A stretch of DNA of 63,960 nt, filler included, from Octopus bimaculoides (GCF_001194135.2; 5 parts of 4 records of this genome joined end to end with filler, not necessarily neighbours in it); one strand, 5' to 3'. Positions 40,030-53,232 are shown, counted from the first letter of the whole stretch. Program-made: numbers and translations. Notes: generated by a model not told the origin, from the sequence alone.

Positions 40030-40232
40030 ATCATATCTTTCACCTTTTACTTGTTTCAGTCATTAGACTGCGGCCATGCTAGAGCACCGATTTGAAGGGC
40101 TTAATCGAACAAATCGATCCCAGTGCTTATTCTACCGGTATTTTTTGCCGAACCGCTAACTTATGAGGAAGTAAAAACACCAAAACCAGTTGTAAAACGA
40201 TAGGGAGCAAACACAGATACAAATAAGCACAC
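40030..40232 (-). mobile_element. SINE family B, 3' half
   Basis: cagtcattagactgcggccatgctagagcaccg...gccgaaccgctaac. Confidence 0.8.
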
Positions 40233-40254
40233 GTACATACATGCATACATACAT

Positions 40255-40510
40255 AGGCGATACTACCAAGGTAGTAAATGCTCCACCCCAGGACGACCTA
40301 GAGTCATTCTGGCGGGGAATCTGGCATGTAAACAAAGAACTCAATCATGGTGCAGCGTAGCTAAACGAACTACGAAGTGAGCAATGTGTAAATGCTTCTC
40401 TCAAAATATATAACAGCGAGTGAGATACTGACGGTCGTTATGAAACTGTCAAATGGAGAACCACCTGATGGAAGATATCAGAAAAGGAAACGCCAAGAAC
40501 TCTCTTAAAA
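40255..40510 (+). mobile_element. R4/Dong-like LINE fragment (region upstream of RT)
   Basis: PPQDDLESFWRGIWHVNKELNHGAA*LNELRSE and a frameshifted KLSN..PDG (NWKAPGPDG-like). Confidence 0.55.
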
Positions 40511-40721
40511 ACTTAAAATGGAACTCATACATACTTATCTATGTATGTATATATGTTTAAACACACACACTCACATACACTGGTATGAATATACATAATA
40601 TATGTATGTAAATATGTGTGTGTTCTTTAATCTCCCAAATGAGTCAAATGAGGCTGAACAACATTCTAGATGTGGAGAAGTAGGAAACCAGTCTCAATTT
40701 ACCATAGACTAACCTGTTTGA

Positions 40722-40778
<57 letters not shown>

Positions 40779-41408
40779 GATGACAAAATAAAGTTTACAA
40801 CTTTCAATTAAACACCTGTTTGAAATAGCAACCAAATTATGCGGAGTGTAACCTTACCACTATAAAACTAAACGAAATGACACGTTAGGCAATGTGGTTG
40901 GCCCTGAAGGAGGTATATTTGCTTGAAAGGAAAAAACAACAACAAAAACACTTTTAAAAATCTGAATTGTCAAGAGTCAAATGCCTTTGATCTTGTGTCA
41001 GCTCGATCCAATATATGGCCAAGCAGCAGCAACTCTGTCAACATTAATAACTATGAAATATTCTTTGGTGGGATCAATTCGAAATTTAAGAAGTAACGAC
41101 TTGCAGGAAGTCTCGATTTATTTCGTTCTATTTGTTTTCAAGTGTTATATTTTTGCTTTTTTGTTTTTAAGATTTCAACATTCGAGACGGGTTTTTTTTT
41201 CTGGTTTTAGAATATATTTCTCTTAATTTGTTTTCCTTTCTAAGTTTATTTATTCGTTTCCTTACTTAGAATATTTTGTGTGTTCTTGTCGTTCAAGATC
41301 TGTGATACACATTTCGCCGTCCAAGTCGTCTATTCCGGTTGCATTTGATACAGTCGAGCTAGCAATACATACATACATACATACATACATACATGTGTGT
41401 GTGTATAC

Positions 41409-41445
<37 letters not shown>

Positions 41446-42050
41446 NNNNNNNNNNNNNNNNNNNNNNNNNNNNNNNNNNNNNNNNNNNNNNNNNNNNNNN
41501 NNNNNNNNNNNNNNNNNNNNNNNNNNNNNNNNNNNNNNNNNNNNNNNNNNNNNNNNNNNNNNNNNNNNNNNNNNNNNNNNNNNNNNNNNNNNNNNNNNNN
41601 NNNNNNNNNNNNNNNNNNNNNNNNNNNNNNNNNNNNNNNNNNNNNNNNNNNNNNNNNNNNNNNNNNNNNNNNNNNNNNNNNNNNNNNNNNNNNNNNNNNN
41701 NNNNNNNNNNNNNNNNNNNNNNNNTATACAGCATTTCCTTGTTTACATAAGGTTTTAAGAACACACACGCATACACACACCCATTTGAAACCGGAGTCAG
41801 CTACAAACATCCAGTTGATCTAGTTTTTAGACCACAGACGAATTTCTGATCTTTACATTAATAGAAAGGAAATTCGGCAAAGTTGAGTCTTCGACCTGTT
41901 AGAAATAGCAGCTAAATCTCACAACAACTCACGACCTTTTACTATAAGTATAAAAAACGATACGTTAGGTAAGTCCTACATAGACATAGAAGGATGAGGT
42001 GCTCACAGCCAGGCTGTCTTTAATACCAGTGGTAAGCTATCAAAGTTGTC

Positions 42051-42386
42051 TTACCTCCACACTCACCAGATTTAGCGCCTTCAGACTATCATCTCTTCGG
42101 CGCCACGAAAGAGGGTTTGAGAAGCAAACATTATTCCAGTGACGAAGAAGTGAAAACTGTAGTGAAGAAGGGACTCAAAGAACAGTCAGCAAAATTTTAC
42201 GGGGCAGGGATATATGCTCTCATTCGAAGGTGGAATATTGCTATTGAGAGAAACGGTGACTATGTTGAGAAGTAGGGATGTGATCCACAGAGGACCAGCC
42301 TCATTTTGATGTATGATACATGTTCCTGTGTTGGTAATTATACCTGTCCTAAACAAAATGGCATTACTTTTTGATTCACCCTCGTA
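42051..42386 (+). mobile_element. Mariner transposon 3' fragment: transposase C-terminus plus right TIR
   Basis: LPPHSPDLAPSDYHLFGATKEGLRSKHYSSDEEVK...RRWNIAIERNGDYVEK* (stop at 42273-42275), then ...gattcaccctcg|TA. Confidence 0.92.
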
Positions 42387-43089
42387 TATGTGGAGTTTAA
42401 CTCGCTCTTTTGTGCGAAAGAACTACAACATAGATAAAAAAATAGAGTAGCTAAAATAAAATTATAAAATAATTTTACAATAGAAAAAGAGATTCAAGCA
42501 TAAAAGATTTAGAGAGATTAGCAGGTACCCTGTACTTTTATTACTTGCAAATATGATCATCAGGCAAGCGAGATCTCATCTCAANNNNNNNNNNNNNNNN
42601 NNNNNNNNNNNNNNNNNNNNNNNNNNNNTTAATTAATTAANNNNNNNNNNNNNNNNNNNNNNNNNNNNNNNNNNNNNNNNNNNNTTTATATATTTAATCC
42701 TTTATATTGAACACTCAATATTTCATCTATTCAATAAGACATATTCCATATATTCAATAAGACATTCAATACTTTATTTCATTGTACCATCCATTTTTAT
42801 TTTATATTATATATTGTATATTATATTATATATTGTATATTCCATATTCTATATCCCACATTGGTTTTTCAGGAATATAAATAAAACATAAAAAACAGAC
42901 AGTGTTGGAACTCTTTTAAACAAAATAATATATTCCTCTATACACAATCATACAAAACCCCTTTTTTTGTATTTATTTTTACTCGCATATATGTATATTT
43001 ACATATATACATATACACACCTACATTCATAGAGACAGACAGACAAACAGATATACACACTCGCGCATAAACATGTGTGTGTACATATA

Positions 43090-43140
<51 letters not shown>

Positions 43141-44047
43141 GTATATATATATATACGTGTGCGCGTGAGCATGTGCGCGTGAGTGTGTTCGCGTGAGCGT
43201 GTACGCGTGAGTGTGTGCGCGTGAGCGTGTGTGCATTTGCACCCCCATCCACAAAAACATACTCATACGTTATAGATACTCATTGGCTTTTTAGCCGTGT
43301 TGTTATAGATGTGGAAGTGAGAGTTAACACAAAAGAAGAATATTTTTACAAGATACATATAAACATACTGGCTTACATATATGTGAATACATGTGAATAT
43401 ATAAACACATTGCCGCATAATATATATGCATGTATGTATATGAACATATGCATATACAGGCATTTAAGCAGACACACAGATGTACGTTCATATAGACATA
43501 TGTACGTATACATATATATTTGACATACACGCACTCTCACATTTATGTGGATACGTACACATGTTGCCATACAATGCATACACATGCACAATACATGTAC
43601 ATGCTGGCAGGCATACGATTACATGTGCATAGAGGAATATGATATAATTATAAATTTAATATTAATAGAATAATAAAAATGATAATGACAAGAATATTGA
43701 TAATAAAGTTCATAAAAATGGTACAATCATGATGTAGAATAATAACTGTGTAGCGTACAAATTATATTAATTAAATACAAAAAAATATGTATACATACAT
43801 ATGCATACATATATGCATATACATACATATACATACACACATATAGATGTCTTTTACCTTTTATTTTTTACTTGTTCCACTTAGACTGTGGCCATGTTGG
43901 GGTACCACCTTAAGGAATTTTAATCGATCTAGTCGACCCCAGTACTTATTTGTGTTTTCATATCCTCGTTGCTATATATGGATTGATGGGTAGCATGTGG
44001 GATTGTAACTGAAGTGTCCGTGCTAGTGTGTATGAAGTAGATAATAG

Positions 44048-44102
<55 letters not shown>

Positions 44103-44394
44103 CGTATGTGCTGTGAGTGTTTAGCAACAAGTTTATGTGTATACTGTTTAAACCTGTTGGTGCCTATAGGGTTTGGGTTTTTGTTAAACGGTATGACCTA
44201 GTTTTAGGAGAAGTTATCTTAATGAATTGTAGGTGTGTGGGATGTGTTAGTGTGAAGTGAAGTTAAATGAAAAGCGGTTGGGAATTTAGATCGTTAGTCT
44301 GAAGAGAAAAAATTAATGCCTGTTCCAGATGGACGTGCGAGTTCGGGGGTCTCTGACCAAGGCCAGTCCGAACACAGATAGATATCGAAGGGAA

Positions 44395-44506
44395 TGACCA
44401 GCTGATCGGAAGTGGCACGAAACCGTTGTGCTATTACCGAGTCTTATATCTGACCAGCTGAGATGAAGTGACACGAAACCGTTGTACCATTACCGAGTTT
44501 TATTTC
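44395..44506 (+). repeat. 56-bp tandem duplication, probably within a Penelope-like remnant (approx. 43960-44700)
   Basis: tgaccagctga..aagtg(g/a)cacgaaaccgttgt..attaccgagt occurs twice. Confidence 0.75.
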
Positions 44507-44742
44507 CCGAAAATGTTAGACAGAACTGTCAGGCTACGACAACCAGTTTGTCCTCTGTAAAAGGAGAGGAAAAAGGAGTAGAGAAAGCAGTAAATGAGAT
44601 TACTGGAGGTACTTGTGGAGGAGTCGGTAACATAGAAGGAGTGATGGTGGGTACCAGTGAAGATAGTAGTGTGAGAGGAGAAGGGAGAAACGTGACAGCG
44701 TAGGCGAATACATGTGTATGTGCATCTTCGTGTATTTATACG

Positions 44743-44786
<44 letters not shown>

Positions 44787-45247
44787 ATGTGTATGAAATT
44801 AAGAGAATGTTCGCAAAAATTTTAATTAATTCTATATCATATACCAAAAGGTCTTGCTTCAACAATCTTCAATAGTAAACAGTAGATGGTTTGTGATTTC
44901 ATTAATGCAGTGGAAAGTAACAATATGAGAATAATATGAAATTAATAAAAAGTTAGCTGTGCATGATATGCCGAGAGCGTACAGACGTACACACGCACGC
45001 GCGCGTGCACATACACACACGCACGTGCCTACACACACACATACAAACATACATACATGTGTGTGTGCGCATAATTCAAAATCAAATAATTTCTAATGTA
45101 GGTGTATTTATAAGGACGATGTATACAAGTAGATAATGGCTAGCGCTAAACTATGTTGGTAACTAATGGAAATTACCTATCAGCAAAAGCTGAACGCTCA
45201 TACATCGTCTTGATGAGAAAGTCTGTCATATACACATACATGCATGA

Positions 45248-45309
<62 letters not shown>

Positions 45310-45408
45310 GCACACATATATATCAAATATTTCTAATGTAGGTGTATATACATATATATATATACACACACACACATACGCATGCATGCATTCATGCATA
45401 CATACATA

Positions 45409-45805
45409 GGCGCAGGAGTGGCTGTGTGGTAAGTAGCTTGCTTACCAACCACATGGTTCCGGGTTCAGCCCCACTGCGTGGAACCTTGGGCAAGTGTCTT
45501 CTACTATAGCCTCGGGCCGTCCAAAGCCTTGTGAGTGGATTTGGTAGACGGAAACTGAAAGAAGCATGTTGTATATATGTATGTGTATATGTGTGTTTGT
45601 GTGTCTGTGTTTGTCCCCTCAACATCGCTTGATAACCGATACTGGTGTGTTTACGTCCCCGTAACTTAGCGGTTCGGCAAAAGAGACCAATAGAATAAGT
45701 ACTAGGCTTACAAAGAATAAGTCCTGGGGTCGTTTTGCTCGATTAAAAGCGGTGCTCCAGCATGGCCGCAGTCAAATGACAGAAACAAATAAAAGACTAA
45801 AGAGA
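45409..45805 (+). mobile_element. Full-length SINE family B
   Basis: ggcgcaggagtggctgtgtggtaag head, CORE-like box, tail ggtgctccagcatggccgcagtcaaatgac...aaaag; inserted in (ACAT)n. Confidence 0.92.
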
Positions 45806-46019
45806 GAGACATACATACGCTAATGAAAGAAAGTGGCACTCAACACACTCGGTAAAAGTTGTATATATTTTCGACAATAGCTTGACTCGGCTCCATATGA
45901 CTTACAGTTTCGTGGGCACTTGGATGATGTCCATCTCATCAGAAATCAGAAGAGTGAGAGGTTTGGGACAAATTCAAAATGGTTTCTAGCTGTTAGGATC
46001 CTATTGTATAAATTGTATA

Positions 46020-47560
46020 AATAATTGGTATGCGCTCTTTCGCCAATATAAAAATGACCAAATAACCTTTCAAAATTATAATACCTACAAAGCACTACTC
46101 ACTGCAGTTATAAAATGGGCTAAATATAAATATTTTCAAACCTCGGTGATGCGAATAAAACATGGAAAATAATAAACAAACTCACAAACAATCAAAAAAA
46201 GAAACATGGTTCATGAAATTTTACAGGAAAATAAATCACTTGTTAACCCACATGATACAGCATGCTCCTTCAATAATTACTTCTCTAATATAGCTGCAAA
46301 CCTTAACAATCAGATAAAACACTTCTCCCACCCGTACCCTTGTTGTTCTACATGGTAACCCAAACTCCTTCTTTGCATTTCCTTCTTTCCTAGACGAAGT
46401 AAGATCAGTTTAAAAATCCCTTAAAAATAAACCAGACTCAAATGAAAATATCCCTTCATATATTTACAAACAGACTGTTGACATAATCAACTTACCTATT
46501 GCAATGCTCTTTTCTGAATCAATTGCACAAGGCGTATTCCCTGACTGTCTAAAAACGGCACGTGTCATTCCAGTCTATAAAATAGGTGCCTCTAACCTTG
46601 TAATTAACTACAGACCTATATCTATCCTCTCTACTCTCTCGAAGATTTTTGAAAAGTTAATGTACAAGAGACTACAGTCATTTCTCAGTCTTAACAACAT
46701 ACTATCAAATCACCAATTTGGCTTTAGATAAAACTTAAGTACTGCTGATGCAATCTTTGAATATCTAGATCATGCCTACAGTTCGCTAAACATCTCTAAA
46801 TATTTCCTTGCACTTTATTTAGATATCAGTAAAGCGTTCGATTCTGTACATTCAGATATACTGTTGACCAAACTTAGGCATATAGGAATAGGTGGATTTC
46901 TTAACAATTGGTTTAGATCATACCTTACACAGCGTAAACAGTATGTTTCTGTTGAAACATTAAAATCATCGTTATCCACAATAAAGCTAGGAGTCCACAA
47001 GGGGTCCATACTGGGCCCATTACTGTTCCTTATCTATATAAATGATATGTGCAATTCTACTAATTTATTAAATTTTCTACATTTCGCTGATGACTCAACT
47101 ATTTTTATTAGTCACCAGGACATTCCCTTCCTATTCAATACAGTTAATTCAGAACTGGACAAGGTTTATCAATGGCTTATCGTTAATCGGCTTACCCTTA
47201 ATATAAAAAAAAGACCTGCTACATACTTTTCTCAACAAAGCCCAAACAGATTCTTCCTAATGTCCTCATCACAGGTAAAGGTATTTCACATACAGCATCA
47301 ACAAAATTTCTCGGCATTCATATTGATGAGTCCCTCATTTTCAAAAGAAAATTCTCGTACTCTTAGTATGTTAAATAGCATTTCTTACCTTCTTCCTGAA
47401 AATGTTAGAAACACTTTTTATTATTCATTTATATGCTCAAACTTTTCTTATTGTGTTGTTGCCCGGGGAAATTGCAAAGCTTTCTTACTTAACCATGCCA
47501 TCCATAAATCATGGAAGATTCTCAAAATAAACAATCCCTCAATCAAAATTACTTTCGTTT
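46020..47560 (+). mobile_element. Degraded CR1/L2-group (Daphne/Crack-like) LINE ORF2 with reverse transcriptase domain
   Basis: FPDCLKTARVIPVYK, NYRPISILSTLSKIFEK, QFGFR*, LDISKAFDSV, GVHKGSILGPLLFLIYIND, FADDST; stops and frameshifts present. Confidence 0.95.
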
Positions 47561-48511
47561 AATGATATATATGTTATCTCCAACGATATGTCTACTATAT
47601 TACTATTTAGTATTAGTTTTCACAACTTGTCGAAAGTAAGTCACTTCTGTTTTGTATCTGGAATCGAGGTTCTTTTGTTTTCAGAAAAAGGGGCGGGGTC
47701 CCTTTTTGTGTCCGTCTATATCTCAGAAAACCTGCTGTCATCCCTGAATGTTCTTTGGTTATTTCATGTTACTGCGAATGTGACTTTGTACCAGTGTGAT
47801 CAATTTTCTGCTGCTTCTAGAATGATGAGCCGACAAAGTTTTTGTAAGATAATTTAAATATATCTAGTTGTTTTCCTTACATTAACCTGAGACATATAAT
47901 CATGTGTAGATAATTGTACATCCATGGGTGAAAGTGTTTCAGTATATGTAGCATTTTTTTTCTCACTCGGTACTTTTCGTCCGCGTGTGTGTCAACCATA
48001 ATAAACATGTTGAATATATTTTGTAATCAAACTTTGTTAGAAGGAAGTTGTATATCAGGAAGTCAAATATCAGTAAAGCCCTGTTCAAATAATTTTCGTA
48101 TTAAGTTTGTCTTATTTTGTATTTTTCTTATTTTGTAGTCTACCGTACACTTGCCATACATTTATATATACACGCGGTACACCTGCACGATGTTGCGTAC
48201 GAGTAGAAAATAAATGACTCCCAAAAATTTAACTATTGTCCGTCTTTGTTATCACGGAGGTGATTGTTACCTCGCTTGCCTAGATTCTACACGAAGCAGC
48301 AACAATATGTGCATATATATATATATATATATATATANNNNNNNNNNNNNNNNNNNNNNNNNNNNNNNNNNNNNNNNNNNNTTAATTAATTAANNNNNNN
48401 NNNNNNNNNNNNNNNNNNNNNNNNNNNNNNNNNNNNNATACTGCATATATTTTTATATATGGTAATATAGACATATTTACATACCCATACATACAGTATA
48501 CATACATAGAT

Positions 48512-48548
<37 letters not shown>

Positions 48549-48606
48549 TAGATATACATGCGTATAAATTTCTATGTATGTTTGTACGTATGTGTATATA
48601 TATATA

Positions 48607-48673
<67 letters not shown>

Positions 48674-49077
48674 NNNNNNNNNNNNNNNNNNNNNNNNNNN
48701 NNNNNNNNNNNNNNNNNNNNNNNNNNNNNNNNNNNNNNNNNNNNNNNNNNNNNNNNNNNNNNNNNNNNNNNNNNNNNNNNNNNNNNNNNNNNNNNNNNNN
48801 NNNNNNNNNNNNNNNNNNNNNNNNNNNNNNNNNNNNNNNNNNNNNNNNNNNNNNNNNNNNNNNNNNNNNNNNNNNNNNNNNNNNNNNNNNNNNNNNNNNN
48901 NNNNNNNNNNNNNNNNNNNNNNNNNNNNNNNNNNNNNNNNNNNNNNNNNNNNNNNNNNNNNNNNNNNNNNNNNNNNNNNNNNNNNNNNNNNNNNNNNNNN
49001 NNNNNNNNNNNNNNNNNNNNNNNNNNNNNNNNNNNNNNNNNNNNNNNNNNNNNNNNNNNNNNNNNNNNNNNNNNNNN

Positions 49078-49125
<48 letters not shown>

Positions 49126-49748
49126 AATATATATACAGACCCATACTCACACATATATATACATATGCATACATACATATATATATATATACACGTACAC
49201 ATATATATATAAACATATGTATACATGTATACATACTGCATACATACACCTACAAAGCCGTATGCATGTATATGTGTGTGTGTGTGTATTTATATACACA
49301 CATTTATAGATAGATAAATAGATAGATAGATTCCTGTAGATGCATGTAATATTGCTACATGTTTCACACACACATACATACTCGTAAGCATGTGCACCCC
49401 ACGCACATATATGTAAGTATGTATGCAATAGACAGTAAGTATATTTATTTGAAATTTAGCGAATCATGGTAAAATTGCTTCGTAATTTCGTCATGTATAA
49501 CCGGATTCGTATGCACTAAAATTTCATCACAGATATACGTATTCACATATATTTATACTAGGTGACCATTTTTCTATTTCTCTGTTTGGTTATCCCTTTT
49601 AGTCTGATGAGCGGTTATGTGAAACTCTGATCAACAGATTGTGAAGTTTTTCAGCTTCAAAAAAGCACTATTTTGCTCTACCTCTGTTATTCAAGTACTA
49701 TTTTCTATACCTTGTCTTCCACCTACAAACTCACACACACGCTCACAC

Positions 49749-49864
<116 letters not shown>

Positions 49865-49972
49865 CCACACACATACACATATTTATAAGGTGCAACAGCA
49901 AAACCTCGCATACTTTACACAGCCGTTGCTGTGGCGCTACAGAAGACTGGCTGGTTGTAACGGGGTCTTTAT

Positions 49973-50189
49973 GTGGCTAATGTTTTATCGCTGTTTTTAT
50001 TTACCATTATAGTTTTGATCGATACACACCGTGCATTTAGTGCTGAAAATTCTTTTAAGTTAGGTGAGTCTGAGATGGTTTTTACCACACTCTGTATTTG
50101 TACAGACACACACGCATATAGCATCAAAAGCGCATCCTGTTCTAACCAATACGCAGTGGCGGGGGACCCTTTTGACATTTGTACTGCTA
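49973..50189 (+). CDS. Candidate signal-peptide (first) exon of a tolloid gene, located downstream of the other exons
   Basis: Open frame VANVLSLFLFTIIVLIDTHRAFSA...AGDPFDICTA then A|GTTAG (phase 1). Joined to 29838 it gives DICTATGFMNDIAL versus family DPCKAAAFLGDIAL. There is no in-frame ATG before the hydrophobic stretch (GTG start; ATGs at 49971 and 49980 are out of frame). Confidence 0.35.
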
Positions 50190-50373
50190 GTTAGATGTAA
50201 CAATATAACAATCAAATCTTCTTCAAATCACATTCGCACTTTTAGAAAATCCAAGACACATTGGATAATGTAATCCTGGATATACTGAATAGAAGATGGC
50301 AGGATAAGATTGCAATGGCTAGAATGTTTTTTTTTTTTACAGTGCCTTCAAGACTGGGGTTGAGCTGGGAGTG

Positions 50374-50422
<49 letters not shown>

Positions 50423-50509
50423 GCTGAAGCAACAGTAGCCATATTGAGTTCTGATGAAGACAATATAGAAAACCAATAAATTTTTTCATGATAACACTTG
50501 CCCAAGGTC

Positions 50510-50722
50510 TCACTGTGTGGCACTTTGGGCAAGTGTATTCTACTATAGCCTCGGGCTGAACAAAGCCTTCTGAGTGGGTTTTGTAGACGGTAACTCAAAG
50601 AAGCCCGATAGAATAAGTACCAGGCTTTAAAAAATGAGTACTGGTGTCGATTCGTTCGACTAAAATTCTTGAAAGTGGTGTCCCAGCATTGGCCACAGTC
50701 GAATGACTGAAATGAGTAAAAG
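50510..50722 (+). mobile_element. SINE family B, internally deleted
   Basis: gtggcactttgggcaagtgtattctactatagcc...gtgtcccagcattggccacagtc. Confidence 0.75.
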
Positions 50723-53201
50723 ATGATGTGTCTTTCTCCCCAGTCACACAGCGTTGCAAAGAATATGAAAATCAACCTGGGAATTCTACCACTTCATACA
50801 GAAGCAAACCATCTAAGGAAAACACAATTTAAACTAAATGCCGTATAATATTAATGGCTTAAAAAACATTTATTTAAAGACATCTTGTGGAACTCCTCTA
50901 AATTTTCATAATGAAAGGCTACATTAGAACTGTCACACACGAGGACAGCCCCGCCTCAGTTCCCAATCTTTCAACAACAAACAATAATACCGCACAAAGA
51001 ACTATATACAGCACACATAACATCTTCAATGACAACCTAGAATTTTTTTTTTTTTTTAGATAAACCTAAATATGTATACGTATTTCTGCTTCAACGGAAC
51101 TGCCCTAAAGCTGTACAACATGTTTTGCTATATATTATAAGAATCTATTGTTGTTGATAACCAAATCGTGAAAGTAAACTCTGCTAAACGCTGATGACTT
51201 CATCAGACATAGAACAAACGATTTGAGCATAGAAAAATGGCAATTTAATAAGAAATTTATGAAAATTATTGACTAACAGGAATAATAGCAAAACATTGGT
51301 CAATACGTCTCGCAGCATTCCAAGATTAAGCTCACGCTGAGGCTGAGTGTGTCTGTCATGCCTCAAGGGTTGGTACGATAAATATTTAAAATACATAAAG
51401 AGATATTCAATCGAATATAAACTACGTACGAAAGAAAATAATGATCGCTTCTGATTGACAGATATTGTAGCTAAGCTCCTGGCGAGTTTTAAACCAGCTC
51501 AGAACCACGGCCTACAATACTGCCATGAAAAGCAAGAAATTTCGAGAAATTATTTGCATTGCAATAGAATACGTTAACACCTAAGCGACCATGTCTTGCC
51601 GAATCAGATCATCCGGTGCGTATCAAGTGAGCGGGTATCTTCCAGCCAAATAACTTGGTCGAACATTCTAGAAACTCCGTCGGGCGTTATAAAAAGCTGG
51701 TAATTGATTTCCCAGACACAACGACCTTAGGAGTTACTCGAGGTTCTGTCAGTCACCTTTGTGATAAGGCGTTCTCTACTTAATTTGTTCTCAATAATTA
51801 TGAAATGTCTTCCTAGATTATTTAGAATATTATGCAGTAGAAACTTAACTTGTACTTATTCCATTCGATACCTCTTGAATACCGTTCCATTATTCAAATG
51901 TTGTATATATGCAGCGGAAAGAGGTCCAGGTTAATAAAAAGGCATGAGAGTTAATCTCAATATTTCTGCGGTCATGATAAAAGTAACACGCATCCTACCA
52001 AATGTTGTTTTTCATCAATAACTATTTCAATGAAACCTAATGCCACTCTAAAATATAAATAGAAACTTAAAAAAAAACATTATGCTATATATTCGCGCAT
52101 ATTACTCTACCTTTGGTATTTGAGTACTCTTTTTTCCACCTTGCTGCACATTTTATGTGCTTACTCCGGTATATATATATATATATATATATNNNNNNNN
52201 NNNNNNNNNNNNNNNNNNNNNNNNNNNNNNNNNNNNNNNNNNNNNNNNNNNNNNNNNNNNNNNNNNNNNNNNNNNNNNNNNNNNNNNNNNNNNNNNNNNN
52301 NNNNNNNNNNNNNNNNNNNNNNNNNNNNNNNNNNNNNNNNNNNNNNNNNNNNNNNNNNNNNNNNNNNNNNNNNNNNNNNNNNNNNNNNNNNNNNNNNNNN
52401 NNNNNNNNNNNNNNNNNNNNNNNNNNNNNNNNNNNNNNNNNNNNNNNNNNNNNNNNNNNNNNNNNNNNNNNNNNNNNNNNNNNNNNNNNNNNNNNNNNNN
52501 NNNNNNNNNNNNNNNNNNNNNNNNNNNNNNNNNNNNNNNNNNNNNNNNNNNNNNNNNNNNNNNNNNNNNNNNNNNNNNNNNNNNNNNNNNNNNNNNNNNN
52601 NNNNNNNNNNNNNNNNNNNNNNNNNNNNNNNNNNNNNNNNNNNNNNNNNNNNNNNNNNNNNNNNNNNNNNNNNNNNNNNNNNNNNNNNNNNNNNNNNNNN
52701 NNNNNNNNNNNNNNNNNNNNNNNNNNNNNNNNNNNNNNNNNNNNNNNNNNNNNNNNNNNNNNNNNNNNNNNNNNNNNNNNNNNNNNNNNNNNNNNNNNNN
52801 NNNNNNNNNNNNNNNNNNNNNNNNNNNNNNNNNNNNNNNNNNNNNNNNNNNNNNNNNNNNNNNNNNNNNNNNNNNNNNNNNNNNNNNNNNNNNNNNNNNN
52901 NNNNNNNNNNNNNNNNNNNNNNNNNNNNNNNNNNNNNNNNNNNNNNNNNNNNNNNNNNNNNNNNNNNNNNNNNNNNNNNNNNNNNNNNNNNNNNNNNNNN
53001 NNNNNNNNNNNNNNNNNNNNNNNNNNNNNNNNNNNNNNNNNNNNNNNNNNNNNNNNNNNNNNNNNNNNNNNNNNNNNNNNNNNNNNNNNNNNNNNNNNNN
53101 NNNNNNNNNNNNNNNNNNNTTATCATTAGCACGTCTAGATATGCAAGTATATGCATGAGAGGACATACAAAAAACAAAACATACAAATCTGCATGTATAC
53201 A

Positions 53202-53232
<31 letters not shown>

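Noticed and set aside
40981-41226. Possible next tolloid exon
   Set aside because: No frame resembles the CUB1 C-terminus (RFCG...FxAxY).
49601-49646. CTGATGA-GCGGTTATGT-GAAAC-TCTG..CAGA hammerhead-like core upstream of the candidate exon
   Set aside because: Stem II has only two weak pairs, the cleavage triplet would be UUG and stem I does not pair; at best a dead relic.
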